A DNA stretch of 64,000 nucleotides, taken from assembly GCA_963707885.1 (NCBI GenBank), contig CAVPRV010000009.1:104676-168675 (forward strand), written 5' to 3'. The DNA is from an uncultured Alphaproteobacteria bacterium. Its GTDB lineage: Bacteria; Pseudomonadota; Alphaproteobacteria; Rhodobacterales; Rhodobacteraceae. The notes under the pieces were generated by a model. It had not been told where the DNA came from. It did not search any database and worked only from the letters and a program-made list of their open reading frames with translations. The position numbers were made by a program, and so were the translations under genes. This document shows positions 45,328-59,059 of this stretch, piece after piece; within the stretch, counting starts at the first letter, position 1; each line of letters starts with the position of its first letter.

Positions 45328-45482
45328 CGTCGAAGCGCCCGTCCCGAAAATCTCCGGCAAAAAAGATCCTCACCCGGGGGACGTTGCCCCGCTTGGCGGT
45401 GCACGGGTCAAACGATTCCCGGCAACAATGAGAAAGTGACAATTTCGGCTGCGGCAACGGGTTGCCGTCGGTCGGAGGCCAG

Positions 45483-46469
45483 TCAGCCGTGACGGCGCAG
45501 GTTCTTCGCCGAGGCCTTGATCGCGTCGTACTGACCCGAGGGGCGGAAGCGCCAGAGATAGTCGGGCAGCACCGCATGCGTCGGCGTCGGCGCGATGCCG
45601 AGATCGGCGAACCCCCGCGCGCCGGCGGCCACGACATTGTCGTGCCGGAGCGACTTCACCTGATCGCTGGTCAGGATCGTATTGGAGATTAGCCCGCCGG
45701 TCACCATCGACCCGAAATCGAGAAGACCCGCGATGATCCGCGCCACCCAGAACGGCATGTTCACGACCAGCCGGCGGCGGTTGATGACCGTCAGCATCTC
45801 GACCATCAGCTCCCGGAACGTCGCGACGTCCGGCCCGCCGAGCTCGTAGGTGCCCGACGCCTCACCCAGAATGCCCTTGACCGCCGCCTGCGCCACATCG
45901 TCGACATAGACCGGCTGGAACTTCGTCCCGGCCCCGACGACCGGCAGGACCGGCCCCATCCGCGACATGCCGGCGAAGCGGTTGAAGAACCCGTCCTCGG
46001 GCCCGAAAATGACCGATGGCCGCAGGATCACCGCGCCGGGAAAGGCCGCCCTCACCGCCGCCTCGCCCTTGGCTTTGGTACGAGCATAGTCGCTGTCGCT
46101 TTCGCCGTCCGAGCCGATGGCGGAGATATGGACCATCCGGGTGACCCCGGTCTCGGCCGCGATGCGGGCGATGCGACCCGCGCCCTCAACCTGGACCGCG
46201 TCGAAATTGTTGCGGCCGCGCTTGTCGAAGGTGCCGACGCAGTTCACCACCGCATCCGCCCCGGTCATCGCCGCCCGCACCGAGGCGTCGTCGCGAATGT
46301 TGCACAGGATCGGCTCGACCTGGCCGACGGCACCATAGGGCTTGACGAAGAGCGCCTCGTTCGGGCGCCGGACGGCGACGCGGACGCGCCAGCCCGCCTT
46401 CGCCATCCGCCGTGCGATGTAGCGCCCGAGAAATCCCGAACCGCCGTAGATGGTGACGAGCTTGGACAT
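45483..46469 (-). CDS. Complex I NDUFA9 subunit family NAD(P)-binding protein
   Basis: [39 protein letters not shown]. Confidence 0.9.
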   Translation of the reverse strand: MSKLVTIYGGSGFLGRYIARRMAKAGWRVRVAVRRPNEALFVKPYGAVGQVEPILCNIRDDASVRAAMTGADAVVNCVGTFDKRGRNNFDAVQVEGAGRIARIAAETGVTRMVHISAIGSDGESDSDYARTKAKGEAAVRAAFPGAVILRPSVIFGPEDGFFNRFAGMSRMGPVLPVVGAGTKFQPVYVDDVAQAAVKGILGEASGTYELGGPDVATFRELMVEMLTVINRRRLVVNMPFWVARIIAGLLDFGSMVTGGLISNTILTSDQVKSLRHDNVVAAGARGFADLGIAPTPTHAVLPDYLWRFRPSGQYDAIKASAKNLRRHG

Positions 46470-46614
46470 GGGGAGCCTCCGGACAATCGTTCTCACGGCC
46501 CTGATTAGCGCCCCGAGCCCCGCCGAACAAGGCGCGAATGCGCGCGCCCCGGGATTCGCTCGGACCCCGTTGACAGCGCCCGGCGCCGACGATACATCGC
46601 CCGTCACGACACCT

Positions 46615-46699
46615 GCCCAGGTGGCGGAATTGGTAGACGCGCACGGTTCAGGTCCGTGTGCCGCAAGGCGTGGAGGTTCGAGTCCTCTCCTGGGCACCA
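46615..46699 (+). tRNA. tRNA-Leu(CAG)
   Basis: GCCCAGGTGGCGGAATTGGTAGACGCGCACGGTTCAGGTCCGTG...GGTTCGAGTCCTCTCCTGGGCACCA; long variable arm, TTGACA at 46570. Confidence 0.97.
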
Positions 46700-46761
46700 T
46701 CCCTACAGGTATGCTACTGGCTTCCTTCAGCTTTTACACCAGCTGACTGGAGGCGTAGTAC

Positions 46762-46896
46762 ATGCCGGAGGACACAACTGCACCCTTCACATTTGTGACG
46801 GAAGGAGTCTTCTACTTCTCCCGACGCGTACCCAACGACCTGAATCACCACTAAACTGCGAGTAAGGTCGCGTTCTCACTGCGGACAAAGCCGTCT
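46762..46896 (+). pseudogene. Integrase N-terminal stump (DUF6538-like arm-binding region)
   Basis: GGAGG RBS then MPEDTTAPFTFVTEGVFYFSRRVPNDLNHH*TASKVAFSLRTK; in-frame TAA at 46852-46854. Confidence 0.7.
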
Positions 46897-47353
46897 GTAG
46901 GATTCGCCCGTCAGCGCGACCCGCGTCACCACGAAGTCGCGCGCCTCGATCACGACGCCGTCGGCGGGAACGAGGTTGCCGGCCGACAGAAGCACGATGT
47001 CGCTCGGGACGATCGGATGCGCTTCCACCGTCCGGGGGAAACCGTCCCTGACCGCCGAGACCTTCAGCACGAGCCGCCCGTGAAGGTGCTTGACCGCTTC
47101 CGACGCCCGGTATTCCTGCGCGAAATCCACAAGCGTGCTACCCGCGCTGATCGGGAGGATGATGATGGCTTCGGTCCACTCCCGGACCACGAGCGACACA
47201 CTCGCGGCGAAGATCAGGATCAGGGCCAGGTTGCTTTCGAACTGCCGCAGCAGCAGGCGGAGCACCCCCGCGCCTTACTCGGCGACAAGGCGGTTCTCGC
47301 CATGCGAGACAAGGCGCCGGCCCGGACGCCGGCGGCTCCATCCCGCGGTTCAT
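46897..47353 (-). pseudogene. MgtA-like P-type ATPase N-terminal fragment
   Basis: HGENRL, in-frame TAA at 47275-47277, QEYRASEAV, LSAGNLVPADG, ends at LTGES; ATGA overlap with atpG. Confidence 0.8.
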
Positions 47354-48189
47354 GCGGCGTCATCCGAAAGCTCGATGATCTCCGTCGTCGTCTGCTCCTG
47401 CCGGGCTTGCGCGAACTCTCCTCGCAGCTCCTCGCGAATCTGCCGGACGTTGCTCCGCGCCCGCGACATGGCCGTCATCCGAGCATCGTTCTCGGCGGCG
47501 AATCCCAGCATCAGGGCCTCGCAGATCTCGGTGAAGACATATTCCTCCACCAGCCGCGTGACCAGAACCGCTGGCGGAACAGTCAGGAGCGGCGGAACCG
47601 AACGGGCCGTGCGTTCGAACCGCGTGAAATCGAAGGGCAACAACTGCCGGATCGTCAGGGTCGGGCCGGACACTGCCGGCTCTCCGTAGACGATGCTGAC
47701 TTGCGAAAACGCCCCGCGCCCGAGAAGCGAGAAGACGGCATCGACGACGCGGCTCGCCAAGGCCGGCACTTCGGCGGCATGGGCGGCCATGTTCGCGGAC
47801 CAGACGGGCGACACGCCCCGGCTCTCGAATTCGGAAATGCACCGCTGGCCGATCAGCAGGAACGCCGTCGAGGGCGCGGCGCCAGCATCGCCGACAGCAC
47901 CGGCGACGATACGCTCACTGTAGGATCCGCTGAAGCCCTGCGCGGCCCCGACGACCATCCGAAGATGCTTGCCGCCCGCCACCTCCGTCGTCGGGCTCAG
48001 CGGGGTGCGGAGCAGCGCCAGCGCATCGACCATGGCGCGCGCCACCGTGGCCTCCTGCTCGCGGATCGCGGTCAGGTGCTTTTTCGCCTCCTGCGCATGG
48101 GCGGCGGCAAGGGCTCGCATCGCGACCACCACGCCTTCGACCTGCTCGATATTGCCCATGCGGGCCTTGATGTCCTCGGGCCGGCGCAT
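47350..48189 (-). CDS. atpG: N-type ATPase gamma subunit
   Basis: VVAMRALAA, AENDARMTAM, QARQEQTTTEIIEL. Confidence 0.9.
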   Translation of the reverse strand: MRRPEDIKARMGNIEQVEGVVVAMRALAAAHAQEAKKHLTAIREQEATVARAMVDALALLRTPLSPTTEVAGGKHLRMVVGAAQGFSGSYSERIVAGAVGDAGAAPSTAFLLIGQRCISEFESRGVSPVWSANMAAHAAEVPALASRVVDAVFSLLGRGAFSQVSIVYGEPAVSGPTLTIRQLLPFDFTRFERTARSVPPLLTVPPAVLVTRLVEEYVFTEICEALMLGFAAENDARMTAMSRARSNVRQIREELRGEFAQARQEQTTTEIIELSDDAA

Positions 48190-49721
48190 CAGGTCTTGTC
48201 CGGCGCTACGTCGGCGATCGCGTGTCTGACACAGCCCAGAAGCGCGGCACTCTCTGCCTCCGACAATTCGGCGGGATGCGCCCTTGCGCTTTCCAGAACC
48301 GGCTCGCTGTCGATAGCCGCGGACAGGCGGGTCTTGAGCGCCGGGAATTTTTCCAGTGCCACGTCGTCCAGGACCCCTGCGTTCAGCGCCGCCAGAAGCG
48401 CGATCTGGTCGATCGGCCGCAGCGGCGCATACCGCGCCTGATGCAGGAGGGCACTAATCCGGTCGCCGTGGTCGATCCGCCGCTTGAGTCCCGCATCCGC
48501 AAACCCGCCGAAGCGCGAGAACATACGCAGCTCCAGGTATTGCGCGTAGTCGAGCCGCACCCGACCGGCGACGGCCTTGAGCGCGGCGAGCTGGGCCTTG
48601 CCGCCGACCCGGCTGACGCTCAGTCCGACATCGACGGCCGGCCGCTGGTTTCCGGCAAAAAGCTTTGTCGAGAGCACGATCTGGCCGTCGGAGATCGAGA
48701 TCAGGTTGGTCGGGATATAGGCCGAGAGGTTCCCCGCCTCGATCTCGGCGATCGGCAGAGCGGTCAGAGAGCCGCCGCCTTTTTCTTTCGACAGCTTCGC
48801 CGCCCTTTCGAGAAGTCGCGCGTGGAGGAAGAAGATGTCGCCCGGATAGGCCTCTCGCCCCGGCGGCTGGCGCGCAAGCAGCGACAGCTCCCGATGCGTT
48901 GCGGCGTGCTTGGTCAAATCGTCGTAGACGATCAGTGCATGGCCGCCTTTATCGCGGAAATACTCGGCGATGGTGGTGCCCGCGAAGGGCGCGAGCCAGC
49001 GCAACCCCGGCTCCGCCGTGGCCGGCGCAACCACGAAGATGCATCGGTCGATAGCGCCCTTCGCCCGCACCGCGTCGATTACCCGCCGCACCGCCGTCGC
49101 CCGCTGCCCGATGGCGACGTAGACGCAGACGACGTCACTGTCCTTCTGGTTGATGATCGTATCGACCGCGATGGCCGTCTTGCCGGTCGCCCGTTCGCCG
49201 ATGATCAACTCGCGCTGACCCCGCCCGATGGCAAAGAGCGCGTCGATGACCAGAAGCCCGGTCTCGACCGGTTCGCTCACGAAATCACGGTCGATGATTT
49301 CAGGCGCCGGCTCTTCCACGAGCCGCCAGGCCTCGGCGGCAACCGGACCGCCTTCGTCGAGCGGCCGGCCCAAAGGGTCGACGACGCGGCCTAGCAGCGC
49401 CTCGCCGACCGGAACGCTCGCGAGTTGCCCGGTGCGCCGTACCGCCGATCCGGCCTCGATCTCGTCGCTGTGGTCCAGAAGGACGGCCTGAAGCATATCG
49501 GCTTCGAGATTGAGCACGAAGCCGCGCTTGCCGCCGTGGAAGTCCAGAAGCTCACCCAGACGGGCCGCGCCCAGGCCCGATACATGCGCCAGTCCGTCCG
49601 CGATCTGCGTCACGCGGCCCAGCGCTTCGGTCTCGGTGCCGAGCGGCACCTTGCCGACGATCCCGGCCAGGGTCTCGATCGCGGCGGCATCGCCGGGCGG
49701 CTTGCGGTCAGATCTGGTCAT
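48189..49721 (-). CDS. atpA: N-type ATPase alpha subunit
   Basis: [42 protein letters not shown]. Confidence 0.95.
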   Translation of the reverse strand: MTRSDRKPPGDAAAIETLAGIVGKVPLGTETEALGRVTQIADGLAHVSGLGAARLGELLDFHGGKRGFVLNLEADMLQAVLLDHSDEIEAGSAVRRTGQLASVPVGEALLGRVVDPLGRPLDEGGPVAAEAWRLVEEPAPEIIDRDFVSEPVETGLLVIDALFAIGRGQRELIIGERATGKTAIAVDTIINQKDSDVVCVYVAIGQRATAVRRVIDAVRAKGAIDRCIFVVAPATAEPGLRWLAPFAGTTIAEYFRDKGGHALIVYDDLTKHAATHRELSLLARQPPGREAYPGDIFFLHARLLERAAKLSKEKGGGSLTALPIAEIEAGNLSAYIPTNLISISDGQIVLSTKLFAGNQRPAVDVGLSVSRVGGKAQLAALKAVAGRVRLDYAQYLELRMFSRFGGFADAGLKRRIDHGDRISALLHQARYAPLRPIDQIALLAALNAGVLDDVALEKFPALKTRLSAAIDSEPVLESARAHPAELSEAESAALLGCVRHAIADVAPDKT

Positions 49722-50451
49722 TCTTTTCCAGCGCCTCGGCAATCCGCCTCAGGTCGTAGGCGAGGGAGTTGTGGACGACCCCGTGCCGGCTCGTCAGTTC
49801 GAGCCCGGCGATCAGCGTCTCGTCCAGGTCAACGCCGGGCGATGCCGCGCCGGGGATCGCAGCCCGGATCCCCTTCGTCGCCGCCGCCAGCTCCGCTTTC
49901 GTCAGGGGCCGCGGCGCCACAAGCCGCAATGCACCCGGGTCCGTCGCCAGCGCCTCGCGCTCTTCGGGATCGAGCGATGTCAGCGCCGCCCGCAAGCGCT
50001 CAGGGTAGCCGGAGACTCGCGCGTCGTCGGGTAAGTTGGCCAGAAGGCGCCGCGCGATGACGACGGCAAGCTCGGCGGCCTTGCCCACCCGGGTCTTGCG
50101 GTCTTCGTCTGCCGCCTTCACCGCATCGGCCTTCGACTTGCGCGCGATGGCGGCGGCAGCCTTCCGGGCGTCTTCCAGTATCGCCTTCTTCTGCACATCG
50201 GCCTCCTCGCGGGCCGCCTCGATGATCGCCAACCGCTCAGCGGCGTTCTTCTCCTTTTCGGCGCGCGCCGCCATTTCCGCTTCGGCCGCCTTGCGCTTTG
50301 CCGCCTCTGCCGCCTCCAGTGCCCGGCTGGTTTCCGCCCGGCGTTCGGCGATAATCCGGGCCACCGGCCGGAACATGAAATGGCTCAGAAGCCAGATCAG
50401 GATCACGACGTTGATCACCTGAAACGCGAATGTCCACCAGTCGAATTGCAT
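49708..50451 (-). CDS. atpF: N-type ATPase b subunit with delta-like C-terminal extension
   Basis: [22 protein letters not shown], coiled coil, C-terminal [10 protein letters not shown]. Confidence 0.9.
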   Translation of the reverse strand: MQFDWWTFAFQVINVVILIWLLSHFMFRPVARIIAERRAETSRALEAAEAAKRKAAEAEMAARAEKEKNAAERLAIIEAAREEADVQKKAILEDARKAAAAIARKSKADAVKAADEDRKTRVGKAAELAVVIARRLLANLPDDARVSGYPERLRAALTSLDPEEREALATDPGALRLVAPRPLTKAELAAATKGIRAAIPGAASPGVDLDETLIAGLELTSRHGVVHNSLAYDLRRIAEALEKNDQI

Positions 50452-50466
50452 CGGACGCGGCGCCTG

Positions 50467-50712
50467 TCAGAGTGCGTATGGATTAGCGAAAAGCAGGAGC
50501 AGCGCGACGACGAGGCAGTAGATTGCCATCGTCTCGATCATCGCCAGCCCGACGAAGAGCGTCCGGGAAATCGTGCCCGAGGCTTCGGGCTGCCGCGAAA
50601 TCGCATCCATGGCGGCGGCAATTGCACGGCCTTCGGCGAGGGCGGGGCCGATCGCCCCGAACGACACGGCGATCGTGGCGCAGATGATGCTCGCTATCTT
50701 CAAGTAGTCCAT
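50467..50712 (-). CDS. atpE: N-type ATPase c subunit
   Basis: GPALAEG, RQPE loop, IETMAIY. Confidence 0.95.
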   Translation of the reverse strand: MDYLKIASIICATIAVSFGAIGPALAEGRAIAAAMDAISRQPEASGTISRTLFVGLAMIETMAIYCLVVALLLLFANPYAL

Positions 50713-50715
50713 GGG

Positions 50716-51429
50716 TCAGGTTCCTTTCTTGGCAGGGGCCACATCGACAGGAGGCGCGGCCTTCGGTTTGGCATCGCCGACTGCCGCGGCGATGAAGACG
50801 GTCGACAGAACGGCGAAGATGTAGGCCTGCACCGCCCCGGTCAGCAGATCGAGCGCCATCAGCGGGATCGGTACCAGGAGGCCGGCGAGCGAGAGGACAA
50901 TGCCGACGACGAAGACCCCGCTCATCACATTTCCGAAAAGGCGCACCATAAGCGAGAAGGTGCGGGTGATCTGCTCGACGAGGTTGAGTGGGATCATCAC
51001 CCAGGACGGTTCGGCAAATGTCTTCAGATAGCCCCACGCGCCGTTCGACCGCACGCCGTAGTAGATCGTCGCGACGAAGACGACGAAGGCCAGCGCCGCG
51101 TCGGTTTCGAGATGCGCCGTGGGCGGCTCCACCCCGGGAACGAGCGACACCCAGTTCGCCGCGAAGATGAAGAAGAACAGTGTCCCGATCAGCTTGCGGT
51201 AGGGCGCAGGGTCGCGCTGCAACGTCGCCTCGATCTGCGCGTCGAGCGTCGTCACGATGAGTTCGAGAACGGTCTGGGCCGGGCCCGCGTCGAGCTTGAG
51301 CCTGCGGGTGAGAACAAATCCGGTCAGCGCCAGACACAGCATGATCGCCCAAGTGACGACAACCAGCGTCGCGACCGGGACCGGCCCGACCGTGAAGGCG
51401 ATCTGGGACGAAAGCGGGGAGTCCGTCAT
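50716..51429 (-). CDS. atpB: N-type ATPase a subunit
   Basis: EPPTAHL, EQITRTFSLMVRLFGN, VQAYIF. Confidence 0.93.
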   Translation of the reverse strand: MTDSPLSSQIAFTVGPVPVATLVVVTWAIMLCLALTGFVLTRRLKLDAGPAQTVLELIVTTLDAQIEATLQRDPAPYRKLIGTLFFFIFAANWVSLVPGVEPPTAHLETDAALAFVVFVATIYYGVRSNGAWGYLKTFAEPSWVMIPLNLVEQITRTFSLMVRLFGNVMSGVFVVGIVLSLAGLLVPIPLMALDLLTGAVQAYIFAVLSTVFIAAAVGDAKPKAAPPVDVAPAKKGT

Positions 51430-51728
51430 TCCACCCCCCTGACCCGCGAAAGCACCAGAGCCCGGGCCACGAGGACACCGGCCGCGCCGGCGATCAATGT
51501 GGGCGCGCCGATCATCGCGAGTAAGGCGAGGACGGCGCCGAGGACGGCGAGCCGCCCGAGCTGCAGTGCAACCGCCGTCTGGTCGCCGGCGACGATGCGG
51601 CGCGCGACGCCTTCGAGTGAGCGGAAATGGAAGATCCCGACGCCGAAGCCGGTCCCGAGCGCGGCGAGGAGAAGGACCAGCCATGCGCCGGGTAGCGCGG
51701 TGAGGATATCGGCCACCTGATCCGTCAT
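51426..51728 (-). CDS. atpR: N-ATPase AtpR subunit
   Basis: Small TM protein with Arg residues (GRL, VAR) between atpQ and atpB, the diagnostic N-ATPase position. Confidence 0.85.
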   Translation of the reverse strand: MTDQVADILTALPGAWLVLLLAALGTGFGVGIFHFRSLEGVARRIVAGDQTAVALQLGRLAVLGAVLALLAMIGAPTLIAGAAGVLVARALVLSRVRGVE

Positions 51729-52002
51729 TGCTCATGCATCCATCTGAAGGCGAGCCAGAACCCGAGCGCCGCACCCGCCATCGTCAGCGCCGCTGTCAGA
51801 GTGATGCCGGTGCCGAGGCTGCGGTCGAGCCAGCCGCCCGCGATGACGCCGATCATCGTCGGGACGACGATCATCCAGCCCAGCACGCCGATCTGCCCGA
51901 ACCGGCGGCCAAGCGAGGGTTCGGGATCGTTCGCGGCCTCTTCCGCCCGCCGGGCGGCCTCGCGCGCGGCATCGTCCATCTTCTGGGTCTCTCGATGATC
52001 GG

Positions 52003-52006
<4 letters not shown>
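51725..52006 (-). CDS. atpQ: N-ATPase AtpQ (AtpZ/AtpI family)
   Basis: GQIGVLGWMIVVP..GGWLD, two TM segments. Confidence 0.85.
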
Positions 52007-55773
<3,767 letters not shown>

Positions 55774-55841
55774 CTGAAAGACTTTCGATCGCGGCGCAGT
55801 CGGATACCGGCTTTTTTTGCGCCACTGTGCGCAATCCCGCG

Positions 55842-55855
55842 TTGACACGGATCAA
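55842..55855 (-). promoter_or_regulatory. FNR/FixK/FnrL-type binding site
   Basis: TTGATCCGTGTCAA on the minus strand, 9/10 match to TTGAT-N4-ATCAA, ~70 bp upstream of the ftsH ATG. Confidence 0.75.
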
Positions 55856-56352
55856 ACCGGAAACTCGGCCGTCCTCTCACTCATCAACGTTTCCGGGGAA
55901 ATTGCGGCGTGAGAGCGGCCCGCCCACCCTATCGTTCCGCCGCGGTTTTCTCGAAGGACTTGTCCAAAAAGACAAGTTCCGGAATCGCGGCGACTCGTGC
56001 ATTGATGCACGTGTAAGTGGTAGCGATTGTTTATAATTCATCGAAAAGTAATTCCGACGACGCGTATTTGTTTCCAAAGTCGCCCCCAATTGCGGGCCTG
56101 CCCGCAGTTGGAGGCGACCCTCGGGAACGCAAGTTCGGATTTTGAACCGGCCCGACCGGATCAGGGAAAGAGTAGTTACGTGGTAACGACGGTTGTCCGG
56201 GGTGTCGGGCAACCGTTGTTGCGTCTGGAACCCGCGCATCGAAATCCCTTGCGGCCCTCGGCCATTGAGCGCCGCCGCCTTATGGCTTAACTAGCCGGGA
56301 TCGGCGTGCGGGCAGGCCCGGAACGAACACGCCGGCTCAGGAAGAGGCCGCG

Positions 56353-56967
56353 ATGACGAACCACCTCCACAAGCACGACCTGCCCGACGGGCTCGATCTC
56401 GGCCCGGTCGTCGCGATCGACACCGAGACGATGGGTCTCGATCCCCGCCGTGACCGGCTCTGCGTCGTGCAGCTTTCGGCCGGCGACGGCGACGCGCATC
56501 TGGTGCAGATCGCTAGGGGACAGAAGGTGGCGCCGAACCTGACGCGGATGCTGACCGATACGAAGGTGCTGAAGCTCTTTCATTTCGGCCGGTTCGACAT
56601 CGCCGCGCTGAAATCCGCCTTCGGCGTCACTACAGCGCCGGTCTACTGCACCAAGATCGCGTCGAAGATGATCCGCACCTTCACCGACCGCCACGGGCTG
56701 AAATACCTGCTTCAGGAACTGCTCGGCGTCGATGTCTCCAAGCAGCAGCAGACTTCCGACTGGGGGGCCGCGACGCTGACCGAGGCGCAGCTCGACTATG
56801 CCGCCTCAGACGTCCTCTACCTTCACCATCTGAAAGAAGAGCTTGACGCACGGCTCGCCCGCGAGGGCCGCACCGCTCTCGCCCAGGCCTGTTTCGACTT
56901 CCTGCCGGTCCGCGCCGAACTCGACCTGCTCGGCTGGGGCGACACCGCCGACATCTTCACGCACTAG
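56353..56967 (+). CDS. rnd: Ribonuclease D family 3'-5' exonuclease
   Basis: AIDTETMGL, FHFGRFD, QQTSDW, YAASDV (DEDDy). Confidence 0.9.
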   Translation: MTNHLHKHDLPDGLDLGPVVAIDTETMGLDPRRDRLCVVQLSAGDGDAHLVQIARGQKVAPNLTRMLTDTKVLKLFHFGRFDIAALKSAFGVTTAPVYCTKIASKMIRTFTDRHGLKYLLQELLGVDVSKQQQTSDWGAATLTEAQLDYAASDVLYLHHLKEELDARLAREGRTALAQACFDFLPVRAELDLLGWGDTADIFTH

Positions 56968-56971
56968 GCCC

Positions 56972-57940
56972 ATGACCGAACCAGAGATCTTCCTCGCCAC
57001 CGCCCGCCGCGTCATCGAGATCGAGGCGCGCGGGCTCGACGCGCTCTCGGCCGCGCTCGGCGACAGCTTTTCCGCCGCCGTGGACCTGATCCTGAAGGCG
57101 CGGGGCCGGGTGATCGTCTCGGGCATGGGCAAGTCCGGCCATATCGGCCACAAGATCGCCGCGACCCTCGCCTCCACTGGCACGCCGGCGCAGTACGTCC
57201 ACCCCGCCGAGGCAAGCCACGGCGACCTCGGCATGGTGACCGAGGCGGACGTAGCACTCGTCCTCTCGAACTCCGGCGAGACACCGGAACTGAGCGACAT
57301 AATCGCCCATACCCGCCGCTTCTCGATCCCGCTGATCGGGGTGGCGAGCCGGCCGAATTCGACCCTGATACGGCAGTCCGACGTGGCGATCGTGCTGCCC
57401 GCGGCCGAGGAAGCCTGCGGTACCGGGATCGTTCCGACGACCTCGACCACGATGACGCTGGCACTCGGCGATGCGCTCGCCGTCGCGCTGATGGAGCATC
57501 GCCGCTTCACGCCCGAGCATTTCCGCACCTTCCATCCGGGCGGAAAGCTCGGCGCCAAGCTCCTCAAGGTCGGCGATCTCATGCATGGCGGCGACGCGGT
57601 GCCGCTCGTCCCCTCGGGCACGCCGATGAGCGAGGCGCTCCTGATCATGAGCCAGAAGGGCTTCGGCGTCGTCGGTGTCACCGGCCCGGGCGGCAAACTC
57701 GTCGGGATCGTCACGGACGGCGATCTCCGGCGGCACATGGCCGGGCTTCTGGACCGGACGGCGGCGGAGGTGATGACGAAGGATCCCCGCACTATCGGCC
57801 CCGACCACGTCGCCGAGAAGGCCGTGGCGCTGATGAAGGAGAGCAAGATCACCAGCCTTTTCGTCGTCGAGCCCGACGGCGACGGGCACACGGCGGGCAT
57901 TCTCAACATCCACGACTGCCTGCGCGCTGGTGTGGTCTGA
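56972..57940 (+). CDS. kdsD: Arabinose-5-phosphate isomerase (KpsF/GutQ)
   Basis: GMGKSGH, HPAEASHGDLG, SNSGET, PTTSTT, HPGGKLG, CBS pair. Confidence 0.93.
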   Translation: MTEPEIFLATARRVIEIEARGLDALSAALGDSFSAAVDLILKARGRVIVSGMGKSGHIGHKIAATLASTGTPAQYVHPAEASHGDLGMVTEADVALVLSNSGETPELSDIIAHTRRFSIPLIGVASRPNSTLIRQSDVAIVLPAAEEACGTGIVPTTSTTMTLALGDALAVALMEHRRFTPEHFRTFHPGGKLGAKLLKVGDLMHGGDAVPLVPSGTPMSEALLIMSQKGFGVVGVTGPGGKLVGIVTDGDLRRHMAGLLDRTAAEVMTKDPRTIGPDHVAEKAVALMKESKITSLFVVEPDGDGHTAGILNIHDCLRAGVV

Positions 57941-57944
57941 GGCG

Positions 57945-58562
57945 ATGGCCGCGCGCGACAACGTCCATTCCCGCGTGATCTTCTGGCTGAAGATCATCCT
58001 GCCGCTTCTCGCGCTCGCCGTCCTCTCCACCCTCTTCCTCTTTTCCCGTCGGATCGACACCGACCAGGCCCTTCCCTTTGCCGAGGTGGACGTGGAAGAA
58101 CTGGCCCGCGACCAACGGCTGACGGCACCGGAATATTACGGCGTCACGCTCGACGGGGCGGCGCTGATGATCCACGCCAACACAGCGCGGCCGGGGACCG
58201 ATACCGGGGCGGCGACCGCCGTCGATCTCGTTGCCAGCTACGAGGCGCCGGGCGGTCTCCGCATCGACCTCAGCGCCGCCGAAGGCCGCATCGACGAGGC
58301 GGCGGGCCGCATGACGTTGTCCGGCAATGTCGAGATCGTGACCTCGTCCGGATACCGGATGACGACGCCCGGCCTTGACAGCGCACTGGACCGGACCGAG
58401 CTTCACTCGGACGGTGCCGTCCGCACCGAGGCGCCCTATGGCACGATCGACGCGGGCAACATGGTGATCCGCCACGAGGATGCCGGAATTCCGGGCTATC
58501 TCCTGGTTTTCAAAAATGGCGTGAAGCTGATATACGATCCGGCGGAGAAGGACCCCGAATGA
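57945..58562 (+). CDS. lptC: LPS export protein LptC
   Basis: N-terminal TM (LKIILPLLA), beta-rich domain, position in the lpt operon. Confidence 0.85.
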   Translation: MAARDNVHSRVIFWLKIILPLLALAVLSTLFLFSRRIDTDQALPFAEVDVEELARDQRLTAPEYYGVTLDGAALMIHANTARPGTDTGAATAVDLVASYEAPGGLRIDLSAAEGRIDEAAGRMTLSGNVEIVTSSGYRMTTPGLDSALDRTELHSDGAVRTEAPYGTIDAGNMVIRHEDAGIPGYLLVFKNGVKLIYDPAEKDPE

Positions 58563-59059
58563 CGATCACCTTTCGTGCCCTCACTGCCGCGCTGGTCCTG
58601 TCGGCCTTGTCGCCGTTCGCCGCGCTCGCCCAGGGCGCTGAGCTCGCCTTCGGCGGTATCCGCGCAGATACCTCGCTTCCTGTCGAGGTGACGGCAGACC
58701 AACTCGCGGTCAACCAGACCGACGGCACCGCGACCTTCAGCGGCAACGTGCTTGTCGCGCAGGGCGAGATGCGGCTTTCCGCCGCCGAGGTTCTCGTCGA
58801 GTACGGCAGCGAGGATCGCAGCCGGATCGAACGTCTGCACGCAACCGGCGGCGTGACGCTGGTCAGCGGCGCCGATGCAGCCGAGGCGGCCGAGGCGGTC
58901 TATACGATCGACAGTGGCGACGTTGTGATGACCGGCAATGTTCTCCTGACCCAGGGCGCCAACACCATTTCCGGCCAGACACTCACCGTAGATCTGAAGA
59001 CCGGCACCGGCCGCATGGACGGCCGGGTGAAGACGGTGCTGCAACCAGGGGGCAACTGA
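58559..59059 (+). CDS. lptA: LPS export protein LptA
   Basis: Signal peptide, PVEVTADQL, FSGNVLVAQG, GRVKTV (OstA-like). Confidence 0.9.
   Translation: MTITFRALTAALVLSALSPFAALAQGAELAFGGIRADTSLPVEVTADQLAVNQTDGTATFSGNVLVAQGEMRLSAAEVLVEYGSEDRSRIERLHATGGVTLVSGADAAEAAEAVYTIDSGDVVMTGNVLLTQGANTISGQTLTVDLKTGTGRMDGRVKTVLQPGGN

Noticed and set aside
55871-55878. GTCCTCTC matching the tRNA-Leu 3' region as a possible attR
   Set aside because: Only 8 bp and not extending to GGGCACCA, so it is plausible by chance. No convincing attR was found.
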